From Nanobdellota archaeon (GTDB lineage: Archaea > Nanobdellota > Nanobdellia > Parvarchaeales > Parvarchaeaceae), in contig JAJYZA010000003.1 of assembly GCA_021800365.1 (NCBI GenBank), forward strand, positions 6,182 to 70,181: 64,000 nt of DNA, given 5' to 3'. Positions within the stretch are counted from its first letter, which is position 1. Each line of letters opens with the position of its first letter. The notes below the pieces were generated by a model. It saw only the letters and a program-made list of their open reading frames with translations, did not search any database and was not told where the DNA came from. Made by a program: the position numbers and the translations under genes. Positions 20,093 to 29,366 of this stretch are shown here, piece after piece.

Positions 20093-20445
20093 ACAAGCAA
20101 AATGTCATCTAAGTCTTCTATACAGTATACGCCAGCGCTCTTTATCTTAGTTCCGTAAGAATGGTCTATTGGCGTAACTCCGGTAAAGTATGCGTCAAAG
20201 CCATGTAACCGTTTCTGGCCGGTTTTGTCGTTATCAAATAGGGGTATAATCTTTTTTGCAGCGCGCAGTGCAGATTCTAGGTCGCAATAACGCGAATGGG
20301 CCGCCTTTATTATATTTGTTTTTAGTATACCGAGTCGCATGAAGGCCTCAACGTCACGTTTTCCTTCAACAACAAATAGTGTACCCTTTTCTTCAGTAGA
20401 TAGTTCCCTAATTATATCCAGCAGCGCAGCCTTGTTAGGTATCAT
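20089..20445 (-). CDS. Stand-alone small Toprim-domain protein
   Basis: FVVEGKRDVEAF...IIPLFDNDKTG (Toprim E and DxD motifs). Confidence 0.85.
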   Translation of the reverse strand: MIPNKAALLDIIRELSTEEKGTLFVVEGKRDVEAFMRLGILKTNIIKAAHSRYCDLESALRAAKKIIPLFDNDKTGQKRLHGFDAYFTGVTPIDHSYGTKIKSAGVYCIEDLDDILLV

Positions 20446-20532
20446 CTTTCCCCCATACTAAATAACCTGAAGGCACCGCATATTTATACTTTGTTTGTTC
20501 TGAATTTTCGGTATTTTCTTTATGTTGCCGAT

Positions 20533-22302
20533 TTATCCTTGAATTATTTGTAGTTTTGCTATAGATGCTTTTCCAGTGGGGATAAGACGGTCTAGTAGGT
20601 CTCTATTTATAAGTACGCGCGCGTTTTCGGCGATATTTTCCGTTATCTTATTTACCACAATCTTCCTTTCTTTGTTGCCAGGTCTTAATAGCACAAAGCT
20701 GCCCGCTGGTTCATACGGCAATGCAACCAAGGAGTATTCTGCGTCATCGTAATCAAATCCTATGTATATTCCAGTTTCGACTTTTTTTAGGAATTCTTTT
20801 TTGCCCTCTATGTAAAAAGCGCCTTTCTTAAGCGACTCACCGGATGGAGGGGTCTTTGTTACCTGCTCCGGTTTGACCCAGTATACATCGATATTTCCAG
20901 CCCCCGCTTTCCAGGCTGAAGAATATGAAGCCACCATTGTGGCAGCCTCTTCTATATCATTAGCTGTTACATCTTTATTTTGGTCAGCCTTTATGACTGC
21001 AAATGGGCTACCGAATATATCCGCATGCACAATTATGTCATTTTTATCGAGATGCTTTTCTATAAGAGAAACGTTCTGTCCGTTATCCCTGCCGATTACC
21101 ACCAGTTTTTTTGAACGTGTAAAAAACCACCTATATTTTGAATACCACGCTTCCGTGACACGAAAAGGAAGTTTTTTAAGTGGGGGTCGGAGGTCTCGCC
21201 TTTCACTCATCGCCTTTTTTAATCTCTTTGCCTTTTCGTAGTATTCAGATATAACCTTATTTAGTGGTCTGGTGATATCGATTCGTACGTCATAATTATC
21301 TTTTCTTAGAATAAACTTTCCGTTTAATGCCCACCCAATCACATCGAGGTCTTTAATCCTCGAATCCAAGCTTATCTCTGAGTTCCTAGCAATTTTTATA
21401 GCGTCGGTTATCTCTCCATAGTTCTCCTTTATGTAATTTATCAATCTTTCTGTTGTCATGAGTCTGCTTGCTATGTCCGATGGTCGTAATGCCGACGTTT
21501 TTTTCTTTTCATCAATTCTGAAGAATTCGCAGATGGCTTCGTTTATCGTTTTGAAGTGCCTTTTTTCTCCGCTTATGCTTTTTAATTCTGTAATAGAAAG
21601 AAATTTATCATCCACAATGTTTGGATCCGGTTTTTCATCTATCAATGATTTTAATGTGTTGTAAAGCTTGGAAATATCAGATACATTTAGATCTTTTGGC
21701 GATGCGTCCTTGTTTAGACCAACGCGGTAACAGATTTCTTCTGCGTATACACCCCCCAATCCAAAGTCGACTGCAAGCGCCTTCGCAATGTTGTCTTTAT
21801 CCGAAGCAGAAAGGTAACGCTCAAAGTCGGTAGAAGATAGGTTAAATGTATCTAAGGCTTCCGGAGGGTAATCGAACTGCTTTCCTGAGGAAATAACTCT
21901 AGTTCCGTAGTTTCTAGTAAAAAGAGCGAAACTTATTACTTTATCTTCCACTATTATTACGTTTCCCTTGGAAAACAGCTCAATTATCATGCGCGAGTTA
22001 TCTGCTGCTATCTCAATTATTCTATCAGATTTGTGCATCGATAGCGCAATCCGTTTTCCATCAAATATGCTCTTAAGTTTTAATGTAAATGGGAATTCTA
22101 TCGTATCCTCTGGTTTATTCTTAGATACGCAAATGTATTTCCCAGGCACTATTTTAAGCCAATACTCCGTGCCAGCAAATATCAGCAGATAAAGCTCATT
22201 CTTTCTGCTCTTTGCATTTCTCACGATTCCGCCATTTAGAAAGCTCAACTCCTCGATTAATTTACGTATATCTAAAGCGGCTATGCTTTTTGCTATCGGC
22301 AT
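20533..22302 (-). CDS. rqcH: NFACT/Rqc2 (RqcH) ribosome quality-control protein
   Basis: N-terminal ALDIRKLIEEL, HhH FGLGGVYAEEI, NFACT-R WYSKYRWF..IGRDNGQN, HADIFGSP, VYWVKPEQVTKTPPSGE. Confidence 0.9.
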   Translation of the reverse strand: MPIAKSIAALDIRKLIEELSFLNGGIVRNAKSRKNELYLLIFAGTEYWLKIVPGKYICVSKNKPEDTIEFPFTLKLKSIFDGKRIALSMHKSDRIIEIAADNSRMIIELFSKGNVIIVEDKVISFALFTRNYGTRVISSGKQFDYPPEALDTFNLSSTDFERYLSASDKDNIAKALAVDFGLGGVYAEEICYRVGLNKDASPKDLNVSDISKLYNTLKSLIDEKPDPNIVDDKFLSITELKSISGEKRHFKTINEAICEFFRIDEKKKTSALRPSDIASRLMTTERLINYIKENYGEITDAIKIARNSEISLDSRIKDLDVIGWALNGKFILRKDNYDVRIDITRPLNKVISEYYEKAKRLKKAMSERRDLRPPLKKLPFRVTEAWYSKYRWFFTRSKKLVVIGRDNGQNVSLIEKHLDKNDIIVHADIFGSPFAVIKADQNKDVTANDIEEAATMVASYSSAWKAGAGNIDVYWVKPEQVTKTPPSGESLKKGAFYIEGKKEFLKKVETGIYIGFDYDDAEYSLVALPYEPAGSFVLLRPGNKERKIVVNKITENIAENARVLINRDLLDRLIPTGKASIAKLQIIQG

Positions 22303-22305
22303 ATT

Positions 22306-22776
22306 TTACTGTCCAAAATGGGACTGTAATGTGGTTTTAAAGTTCTGTAATTCTTCTTCAAAAGCCGTTTTTCTCTGTTTTATCACTTCTTGGTTCATTT
22401 TATCATATATAGGTCTTATTAATTTGGTTATGCCAGTTGTCCACTTATCTAGGTAATCTAGGAGAAGCTCAGCGGTTATCGTTATCTTTACGGCGCCCGT
22501 CTTAACTTTTATCTGTTTTCCATCTTTCATGGCAGTCCCTTCATTTAAACCACGGTAATCCAATTTAATTGCAAGACGGTAGGCCATATAATCATCAACC
22601 AATTTATTGGCGGTCCAGTCTATTGCATAATTACCACCACCGAACTGTGCATATGAATTTTCAGCGACTTTATACCCAAGCCCCTGCAAGGTGGTCTTTA
22701 TAAAATTATAAGAACCACTATCGTCTATTATTCCTTCATACTGGACAACGGTATTGCCGACTGGAACAACTTCCAT
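22306..22776 (-). CDS. Hypothetical protein (156 aa), 3 nt upstream of rqcH
   Basis: Clean ORF with globular composition and tight coupling; family not recognised with certainty. Confidence 0.7.
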   Translation of the reverse strand: MEVVPVGNTVVQYEGIIDDSGSYNFIKTTLQGLGYKVAENSYAQFGGGNYAIDWTANKLVDDYMAYRLAIKLDYRGLNEGTAMKDGKQIKVKTGAVKITITAELLLDYLDKWTTGITKLIRPIYDKMNQEVIKQRKTAFEEELQNFKTTLQSHFGQ

Positions 22777-22808
22777 AACTATCTTATTTATTTTATACTA
22801 TTTAACCG

Positions 22809-23957
22809 CTATTGATACATCATAGATAAATCTTTTTCATGCAGAGTTTCCCGCTTTTTTTCGTCAATTTTAAGCAACTCTTTTTTAACCATTTCTTTAT
22901 CACCATCATATAAAACCTTCGTCAGCTCCAAGAAATCGTCAAGACCATAAGATATGCGTTTTTGTCGCAGGGTTTGGTCACCTGTTTGGTTAACTTGAGC
23001 AAGCGCAGCAATCGTGTATTCAACGCGTCCATTTACGACGCGTGGCTTATAATTTTTTAGATAGTTTATCCCGAAGTCCTGTAATTCATATATAAGATCA
23101 TTTACGAAATCAGTTAACTCTACCTTTGCGCCGTTTAAAAATACCTCGAGGGAAGCGACATTGTATCTTTTATTTTTTATGTCGGCGAACGATTTTTCAA
23201 GAGTGACAAGCGCATTTCCAATTTCATTGAATTCCGCGGTGCCATATTTTAGCTGCCGTTTAAATTTACCGCCTTCTTTCAGCTCGTAAATTCTAGAAGG
23301 CCATTCCACGTTAGTAACTTTCCTTATATCCTCTGATTTCAAAGTCGATAGATTAACTTTAATAAAATCATTTATATCTACTTGAGATTCACCTGCTTTT
23401 CCAAGTACAAATAGGTAACCTTCTTGCATGTTATCATCCGTGGCAAAAAATATGCTTGTCCAACCAAGTTGTCCATTTATTCCTTGTGTGTTCATTACGA
23501 TATTCTTTATATAAATAGCCTGATGCAAACTAGTTAAATTAATCGACGTTGACGGTTTCTCTTCTAATAGCGCATCTAACTGTACGTCAATCGTTACTAT
23601 TGACTTTTTACTGTCGAAGCAGTCTCTTAGTGCCGCGCCTTTGGCATTTATGCTAGTCATCTCGAGTTCATAATTTCTTATCATGGAGGGCAAATCTCCG
23701 TCATTTTCAGTAAGTTTTTCTGGTTTCATAAATATAGCTTTTTGAGGACCGAACAATTCATAGGTACGATTTTCGACAAGAACTCGCTTGTTTATGTCAT
23801 AATATTGTACTTTGGACCAGCGTAGATACGGCGCCAGCGCAGTATTAAATAACGCAATATCCAACGTATTCCCGTTAACGCTCTCAAATATTTTATTTAT
23901 CTTAGATAGCACGCTTTCTAAATTATAATCCGCACTCGCGTCTTTTGCATCTTCCAT
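22809..23957 (-). CDS. Hypothetical protein, paralogue A of a tandem pair
   Basis: Full-length similarity to 23961-25103 (EN.TYE..GP, SM..N..LEM..INA.GA.L.D, FFATD...EGYL, SLEVF.NG.K). Confidence 0.8.
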   Translation of the reverse strand: MEDAKDASADYNLESVLSKINKIFESVNGNTLDIALFNTALAPYLRWSKVQYYDINKRVLVENRTYELFGPQKAIFMKPEKLTENDGDLPSMIRNYELEMTSINAKGAALRDCFDSKKSIVTIDVQLDALLEEKPSTSINLTSLHQAIYIKNIVMNTQGINGQLGWTSIFFATDDNMQEGYLFVLGKAGESQVDINDFIKVNLSTLKSEDIRKVTNVEWPSRIYELKEGGKFKRQLKYGTAEFNEIGNALVTLEKSFADIKNKRYNVASLEVFLNGAKVELTDFVNDLIYELQDFGINYLKNYKPRVVNGRVEYTIAALAQVNQTGDQTLRQKRISYGLDDFLELTKVLYDGDKEMVKKELLKIDEKKRETLHEKDLSMMYQ

Positions 23958-23960
23958 AGT

Positions 23961-25103
23961 TTATCCAAACATCCCTTCAAAGTTGCCTTTGCCGACCGGC
24001 TTAATCCCGACATCTCCAAATAAATCCTTTTCGGCAGCGTCTTTATCGTTGTTATATAATCTTTTTACACGCTCTAAAAATTCATTGAGTGTATAAGAGA
24101 TTTTAGCAGGTTGCATTGTAATCATACCGCGTTCATCCTTCTTTGGAACGGCGGCAGCATACTGCACGTTTCCGTTTATTATCTTAGGCCGCACATTTTT
24201 TAAATAGCTTATGGCACCGTCATAAAGGTCAAATCCGATATCGCTAAGGAGATCCACTAGGTTGGTTTTCATTCCATTTACAAATACCTCTAGGGAGTTT
24301 ATGTGGCTATGTCTTTCACCATTGATTACTCTATCTTTAAGATTTGTAAGTGAATTTACGAGGTAATCAAACTCTTCTGTTGTTTGTTCTATTTGATGTC
24401 TAACTTGCCCGCTTTCTTTTATCTCATATAATCTGGGCGCCGGTTCTTTACTAACCTTATTTTTTATATCATCTGTCTTAGAAACAGAGAAGGAGAGCGT
24501 GAGGAAATCAGCCGGTTTTAAATGTTTTTCGTTAAGGGTACCGCGTATGATTAGATAACCTTCAGAACCAGAAGAGTCTGTGGCAAAGAAAGTGCTTTCA
24601 AGTATTTTCTCATCTGCTTGGAAATAACTATTTTCCACGATTTTTTTAATGGAAAATCGGGAACTTTCTCTCGCGAAAGTAAATATAGATGGGTCTTTTT
24701 TTAGTATCCCGTTCACTCTTACATCCAATCCGCCAACAGGTCGCTTAAGGACGAGTGCATCATGTAAAGAAGCCCCTCTTGCATTTATATTTATCATCTC
24801 TAGCGAAGAATTCACCAACATAGAAGGGGAGATAACGTCTGCATCGTCCGGCTTTTCGAGTTTCATATAGTGTGCAAAAGGGCCGGGAAATTCGTATGTG
24901 AGATTTTCTAACATAGTCTTACTATCAACGTCGTATTCTGCTAGGAAGGTGCGTCTTAAAAATGGACTAAGGACAAGTGCAATATTGTTAAGTTGGTAAG
25001 TACCATTATCCACAACTTTGTTAAGAAGACTGGTTTTCCTTTCAACTTCATTTAATAGCGTTTCTAAGGTAAGGTCCCTTTCTGCGACAACCTCATTTTT
25101 CAT
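23961..25103 (-). CDS. Hypothetical protein, paralogue B of a tandem pair
   Basis: Same conserved blocks as 22809-23957. Confidence 0.8.
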   Translation of the reverse strand: MKNEVVAERDLTLETLLNEVERKTSLLNKVVDNGTYQLNNIALVLSPFLRRTFLAEYDVDSKTMLENLTYEFPGPFAHYMKLEKPDDADVISPSMLVNSSLEMININARGASLHDALVLKRPVGGLDVRVNGILKKDPSIFTFARESSRFSIKKIVENSYFQADEKILESTFFATDSSGSEGYLIIRGTLNEKHLKPADFLTLSFSVSKTDDIKNKVSKEPAPRLYEIKESGQVRHQIEQTTEEFDYLVNSLTNLKDRVINGERHSHINSLEVFVNGMKTNLVDLLSDIGFDLYDGAISYLKNVRPKIINGNVQYAAAVPKKDERGMITMQPAKISYTLNEFLERVKRLYNNDKDAAEKDLFGDVGIKPVGKGNFEGMFG

Positions 25104-25170
25104 GTTATTATAATGAAAGCAACCTCAATATAAACTTTTAAATTCACTTTAAAGTAGGCTTTTTGGTCGT

Positions 25171-26211
25171 TCACCAAAGAATCAGAAGACTTAGGCTAGC
25201 TACAATGACTTCCAAAACAGTTAGAAGCGACACGATCTGCCATTCGCCGAAGCGACCAGTCCTCAAAAAAAGGTGAGTTAGGGAATAAATTTTCCTTCCG
25301 TGCGGGGATTTTAATTTACCATTACTTTGTATCAGCCCCCATGAATTTGCATGGAATCTTACCCTGGCCTTAAGGATAAATTCTGCTAGCCAAGGAAGTA
25401 TCAATAGCAGACCAAGAATCTGCATGTTTCCTATTATAACTGTGGCTGCGAACGTGGCTCCTATGATATAAGTAAGACTATCTCCGGGCAATATTTTTGC
25501 TGGATACGCGCCATAATAAATATAAGCTAGGAGCGCCCCGATGAACACAATGGATACCGCGAATGCGGTATATGACTGGATATGGTAAGCAAAAAGCGCT
25601 AGAGCAACAAATGCGACAAGGCCCATTTGTACTGAGATTCCATTTAGTCCTTCTAACATATTAAATGCATTTGAAGAGAACACCATCGCTAACGGGATAA
25701 CTACAAGCGCATAAACTATCTGATTTATCGTGATACTCCCAAGCAAAGGTATGCTTATAATCGGAGATCCAAAGTTTATCACCATCAGCGGTATAGCACC
25801 AAGTAGTGTGAATAGTGGTTTCTGCCATTGTTTTATCCCGCCGTTGAAGAAAGTGTAGTTGCGCGCCATCTTCAACGTACTCTGTTTTGAGGTACGTATC
25901 CTATTGCTTGAAATGTCATCCATAAAGCCCACGAATGATATCGCGACTACGCTGATTAAGGTCAATAAAAGTAGATTTTCATTTACGTCGGAGCCGATTA
26001 TGTAATTCGCCGAAAAAACCAAGGCGAGTATCCCGAAGAAAAAGCCAAGAGCAAGGACAAGACCTCCACTGGTAGGCAACATCGGTCGCTTTTTCTTGTT
26101 TATGTCTTGTGCTACTAAGTTGCTTTGGAGCAGGATAGGCATTATAAGCTGGCCGCCGACAAGCACCGAAACAAAAGCAAGCAGTGCGGATACCACTATT
26201 TCGAGTATCAT
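25171..26211 (-). CDS. UDP-GlcNAc:dolichyl-phosphate GlcNAc-1-phosphate transferase (GPT/MraY family 4, AglH-like)
   Basis: VGFMDD, SNAFNMLEGLNG, YPAKILPGDS motifs; multi-pass TM. Confidence 0.88.
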   Translation of the reverse strand: MILEIVVSALLAFVSVLVGGQLIMPILLQSNLVAQDINKKKRPMLPTSGGLVLALGFFFGILALVFSANYIIGSDVNENLLLLTLISVVAISFVGFMDDISSNRIRTSKQSTLKMARNYTFFNGGIKQWQKPLFTLLGAIPLMVINFGSPIISIPLLGSITINQIVYALVVIPLAMVFSSNAFNMLEGLNGISVQMGLVAFVALALFAYHIQSYTAFAVSIVFIGALLAYIYYGAYPAKILPGDSLTYIIGATFAATVIIGNMQILGLLLILPWLAEFILKARVRFHANSWGLIQSNGKLKSPHGRKIYSLTHLFLRTGRFGEWQIVSLLTVLEVIVASLSLLILW

Positions 26212-26295
26212 TTTATTTCTACGACAATATCCTATTTAAGCTTCATGTTGGTAATATTTTTACATACCATAACTCACCGATATAAATTATTAATG

Positions 26296-26302
26296 TTTAA
26301 AA
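26296..26302 (+). promoter_or_regulatory. Putative TATA box of tRNA-Gln
   Basis: TTTAAAA about 26-32 nt upstream of the tRNA. Confidence 0.5.
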
Positions 26303-26327
26303 GTAAACGCTACGATAAACCTCTTAT

Positions 26328-26400
26328 AGCCCCGTAGTGTAGTGGTCAAGCACGCAGGCCTTTGGAGCCTGAAACACTGGTTCAAATCCGGTCGGGGCTA
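26328..26400 (+). tRNA. tRNA-Gln(TTG), no encoded CCA
   Basis: Acceptor AGCCCCG/CGGGGCT, anticodon arm CAGGC-CTTTGGA-GCCTG, T loop TTCAAAT. Confidence 0.95.
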
Positions 26401-26459
26401 TTTTATATGGGGGATAATGTTATCTCAGAGAAATGGGACTATTTTTAAATTAGAAATCA

Positions 26460-27167
26460 TTAATTATTATAGATAAAATCATTTTTTAGAAAAGTCCTAA
26501 ATAGGTACCACCATATGCAAGGCGAATAGAGGTAGTTTTCTGTTATATAACTTTTATTTGCAAATTGTTTAAGAGAACAGTCATTTTTTCCCATATCCTT
26601 TTTAACATTACAATGTAACTGCGCTACAAATTGTTTATTTCTGGTTAGTTTACCTTTTAGATTCCTATAGCTGTAGACTATTTTCTTCTGCTTATTTAAA
26701 CCCAAATAGTATTGAGCGCCATGTCCAAAAATGTAAATTTGTCGTAAATTTTTATTTATAAACACCTCCTCGAATTCTGATTTAGAATTAATAAAATATA
26801 TTCTAAAGCAAATATTTCTCCTTAGTAAGGACCAAATTAACCAAAAAATTCCATTAAAATAAAAATGTGCTAAACTAAAAGGTGTACTTATGGCAATGAT
26901 AATCCCAACTTTCGGGTTTTTAGTTTTATGTAATTGTTTGAAATGTATAGATACATACGAAAACCCCACACCCAACAACATAAATATTGTAAATCCAACA
27001 GCTATGCCACTTAACAAAAGAACAGTGTTCATGGATTGGGTGTTATTTGTCAGAATTATAAAAGTAATTATATCTAAAATTATAGAAAATGATAATAGAG
27101 CTATTGAGAAGGTTGCAGCTAGTATAAAGCTAATTTTTACAGTAATATTGTTTTTGTCTTTAAACAT
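26460..27167 (-). CDS. 2-TM membrane protein with putative caspase/hemoglobinase-fold (clan CD) domain
   Basis: Two N-terminal hydrophobic helices; IYIFGHG (His149) and FVAQLHC (Cys186); visibly AT-richer than the flanks. Confidence 0.55.
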   Translation of the reverse strand: MFKDKNNITVKISFILAATFSIALLSFSIILDIITFIILTNNTQSMNTVLLLSGIAVGFTIFMLLGVGFSYVSIHFKQLHKTKNPKVGIIIAISTPFSLAHFYFNGIFWLIWSLLRRNICFRIYFINSKSEFEEVFINKNLRQIYIFGHGAQYYLGLNKQKKIVYSYRNLKGKLTRNKQFVAQLHCNVKKDMGKNDCSLKQFANKSYITENYLYSPCIWWYLFRTFLKNDFIYNN

Positions 27168-27214
27168 AACCTGAATAGATGCATTATAATATATAAGTAA
27201 ATATAAGTAAAATA

Positions 27215-28093
27215 TTATAAAAGTTTATTCCTTATTTTTCCCCTTAACCTGACTTCCTTCCTTTCACTTATCATTTTTCTCAGCCTGTAGTAAGTCGTTT
27301 TTGGTATTCCGAGATTCTTCGCTTCTTCAAGGCTCATGGATGTTATCTTTTCTAATAGGTTTTCATCTCTCATATAGGTCTCATATCTCACATCATCGAC
27401 TATCCCTGTCCTCTCCAGGTTACTCGCCTCCTTGCCGATGTAAATTATTTTATCGGCTATAACGTGTCTTCTTTATAAAAGACAGATGTCGCCATCAAGC
27501 TTAGATTCTAAATGGTTTATGTATTTTAAGAGAATATCACTTAAAGAACACCAATGTTCTGAGCCGTTCATCACATTACCAGTTCTGTAGTCTACAAAAT
27601 CTTTATGTGGTGCCTCTTGTGACTTTTTAGAAAATGGCGAGAGGGGTTTTATGTCTCTGTTATTGCCAAAACCGATTAGAAAGAAGTCGAACGGGATTAT
27701 ACCGCTCTTGCCGAATTTCTCGTTATATCTATCGAATCTTCTAAGTAGGCTTGGTGAAGATACCGTAAACTCAGATATAGCATAAAAGTTAGAATATTTA
27801 GAGAGAAACTCATCTAGAGTTATCTTTTCGTAGTGTAGTTTAAGTATATCTATCCATATTTCTTTTTGCCACCTTATCTCTGGGTCTCCGAACGGATTAA
27901 GAAGGTGGCCCAACCCGTACAGAGAATAGTTCTCTTTATCTTCTTTATCCTCTATTATAATTTCGCCGTTTTCTCCGAGTTGGTATAAGATGTATCTTTT
28001 AGCGCTTATGCCGTAAAACTAGATATTCTGCTCCTCTCTTTTAAGAAGTGGAATGTTTTTGTCGTATGGATTTAGGGCCTCGAAGAAGTTCAT
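27215..28093 (-). pseudogene. C-terminal remnant of a family B DNA polymerase with C-terminal HTH (casposon-like), two in-frame stops
   Basis: One frame reads MNFFEALNPY...NI*FYGISAKRYILY...YGLGHLLNPF...DGDICLL*RRHVIADKIIYIGKEASNLE...LGIPKTTYYRLRK...KLL*; stops at 28019-28021 (TAG) and 27473-27475 (TAA). Confidence 0.75.
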
Positions 28094-28176
28094 ACGTTTT
28101 AAATAAAGGATTATATCCTTCTATATTCTAATTTATTTATCTTTGAATAACTCGTATAGATAGCGTTCACGACATA

Positions 28177-29235
28177 ATGGAAGACTATGAGAAAGAGATT
28201 TGGGAAATTCTTGGCCAAAACCAGAAGAAAAAACATCCCCTGGCCAAAGAGGCCGGGACATTTTTCCTTTGCGTATTAATCGGTTTTGTAGCGGTAGGTC
28301 TTTATTTATTTTTTACTATCGGTCCACAAGGGATCTTATCCATCCTAACCGGCCTTCCTCAAAACCAATACATAGCACCGTATATTTCTCAAATAATTTC
28401 CGGAGGCCGGGCGCAGCCTACCGGGATTGGTGCCTTTGGCATTTACAACGATTCAGGTAAAATTGTGCCATATTCTGTAGAAACAAATTATATTCAAGGA
28501 AGCGCTAGCATAAATCAAATTTTCGCTTATAATCAAACTCCCCCAGAAGGCATAAGTTCTGACGGAGCCAGTCTGCAATTGAACGCCATGTTGGTCATAA
28601 CTAATTTAAATAGTTCTGAAGAGATTTTTCTAATCCAAAATGTCGTTGGTTTTGAAACTAATAGCGATGTTTTATATTATAATCCCACCGTAGTTTCATG
28701 GCGGAGCTTCACTTCATGTGGAAGTTGGCAATCAAGTACTTACACATATAATGGTAAAATAGAAAGTTTTTGTATTTTGCCGGGTAATGACATTCCGTAT
28801 ACGCTGCCGCTCTCCCTGAAGTTAGAACTCGGTCTTAGTATACAACTTGGGGTTGGTGTAACGATTTCTTACCTAATCAATGGGGCGGATTTAGGTAGCT
28901 TTCTTGTTACCGATAATGAGATTAAAAATGCAACATTCTTGACGAGTGGTTATTCGACATACAATATCGGCAATGGGTCCGTTGATCTCTATGACACCGA
29001 GCTAATATTTGGGGGAGAAGGGGATGGTGAAGCGACTTATTTTAATTCTTTGAACGCAAGCCTAAAGCTTTCGTATTTGAATTCTACTAATAATTCGTTT
29101 GTTGAATTTCCATCATTTTATAGTTTTGGAGCGGATGTCGCAGAAACGGCCGATAATCTAAACGTAACGCCAATAGGTAATGGCTATTACAAAGTGTATA
29201 ACGCTACTAGGCCAGGTTTAAGATATTTAGAGTAA
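28177..29235 (+). CDS. Thermopsin-family (peptidase A5) membrane-anchored protease
   Basis: PTGIGAFG, GASLQLNAML, IQNVVGF, ELIFGGEGDG, FYSFGADVAETADNL; N-terminal TM. Confidence 0.8.
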   Translation: MEDYEKEIWEILGQNQKKKHPLAKEAGTFFLCVLIGFVAVGLYLFFTIGPQGILSILTGLPQNQYIAPYISQIISGGRAQPTGIGAFGIYNDSGKIVPYSVETNYIQGSASINQIFAYNQTPPEGISSDGASLQLNAMLVITNLNSSEEIFLIQNVVGFETNSDVLYYNPTVVSWRSFTSCGSWQSSTYTYNGKIESFCILPGNDIPYTLPLSLKLELGLSIQLGVGVTISYLINGADLGSFLVTDNEIKNATFLTSGYSTYNIGNGSVDLYDTELIFGGEGDGEATYFNSLNASLKLSYLNSTNNSFVEFPSFYSFGADVAETADNLNVTPIGNGYYKVYNATRPGLRYLE

Positions 29236-29366
29236 AAATTCCACAAAATTAGTGCCATTTCTCCGAGATAGCACTGAAAATAGTCCAATATCTCGAGATA
29301 GCATTATCCTGCTATTCAATGATGGGCTTAGAGGATAACCAAAAACTAGATTTGTGCGCTACTAAT

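Noticed and set aside
26890-27174. 94-aa plus-strand ORF
   Set aside because: It is antisense to the TM helices of 26460-27167
27184-27220. TTATAATAT/ATATTATAA inverted repeat around a doubled ATATAAGTAA; considered as an element terminal repeat
   Set aside because: It is short and all-AT, with no partner at the other island end; more likely promoter sequence or chance
27215-28093. Stop-codon reassignment as the explanation for in-frame TAG/TAA in the PolB fragment
   Set aside because: TAA and TAG terminate conserved genes normally throughout the window, and the gene is also 5'-truncated
29260-29303. Near-direct repeat TCTC(C)GAGATAGCA x2; considered as a CRISPR remnant or att site
   Set aside because: Only two 13-14 nt copies, too short for CRISPR repeats, and no match to the tRNA-Gln 3' end
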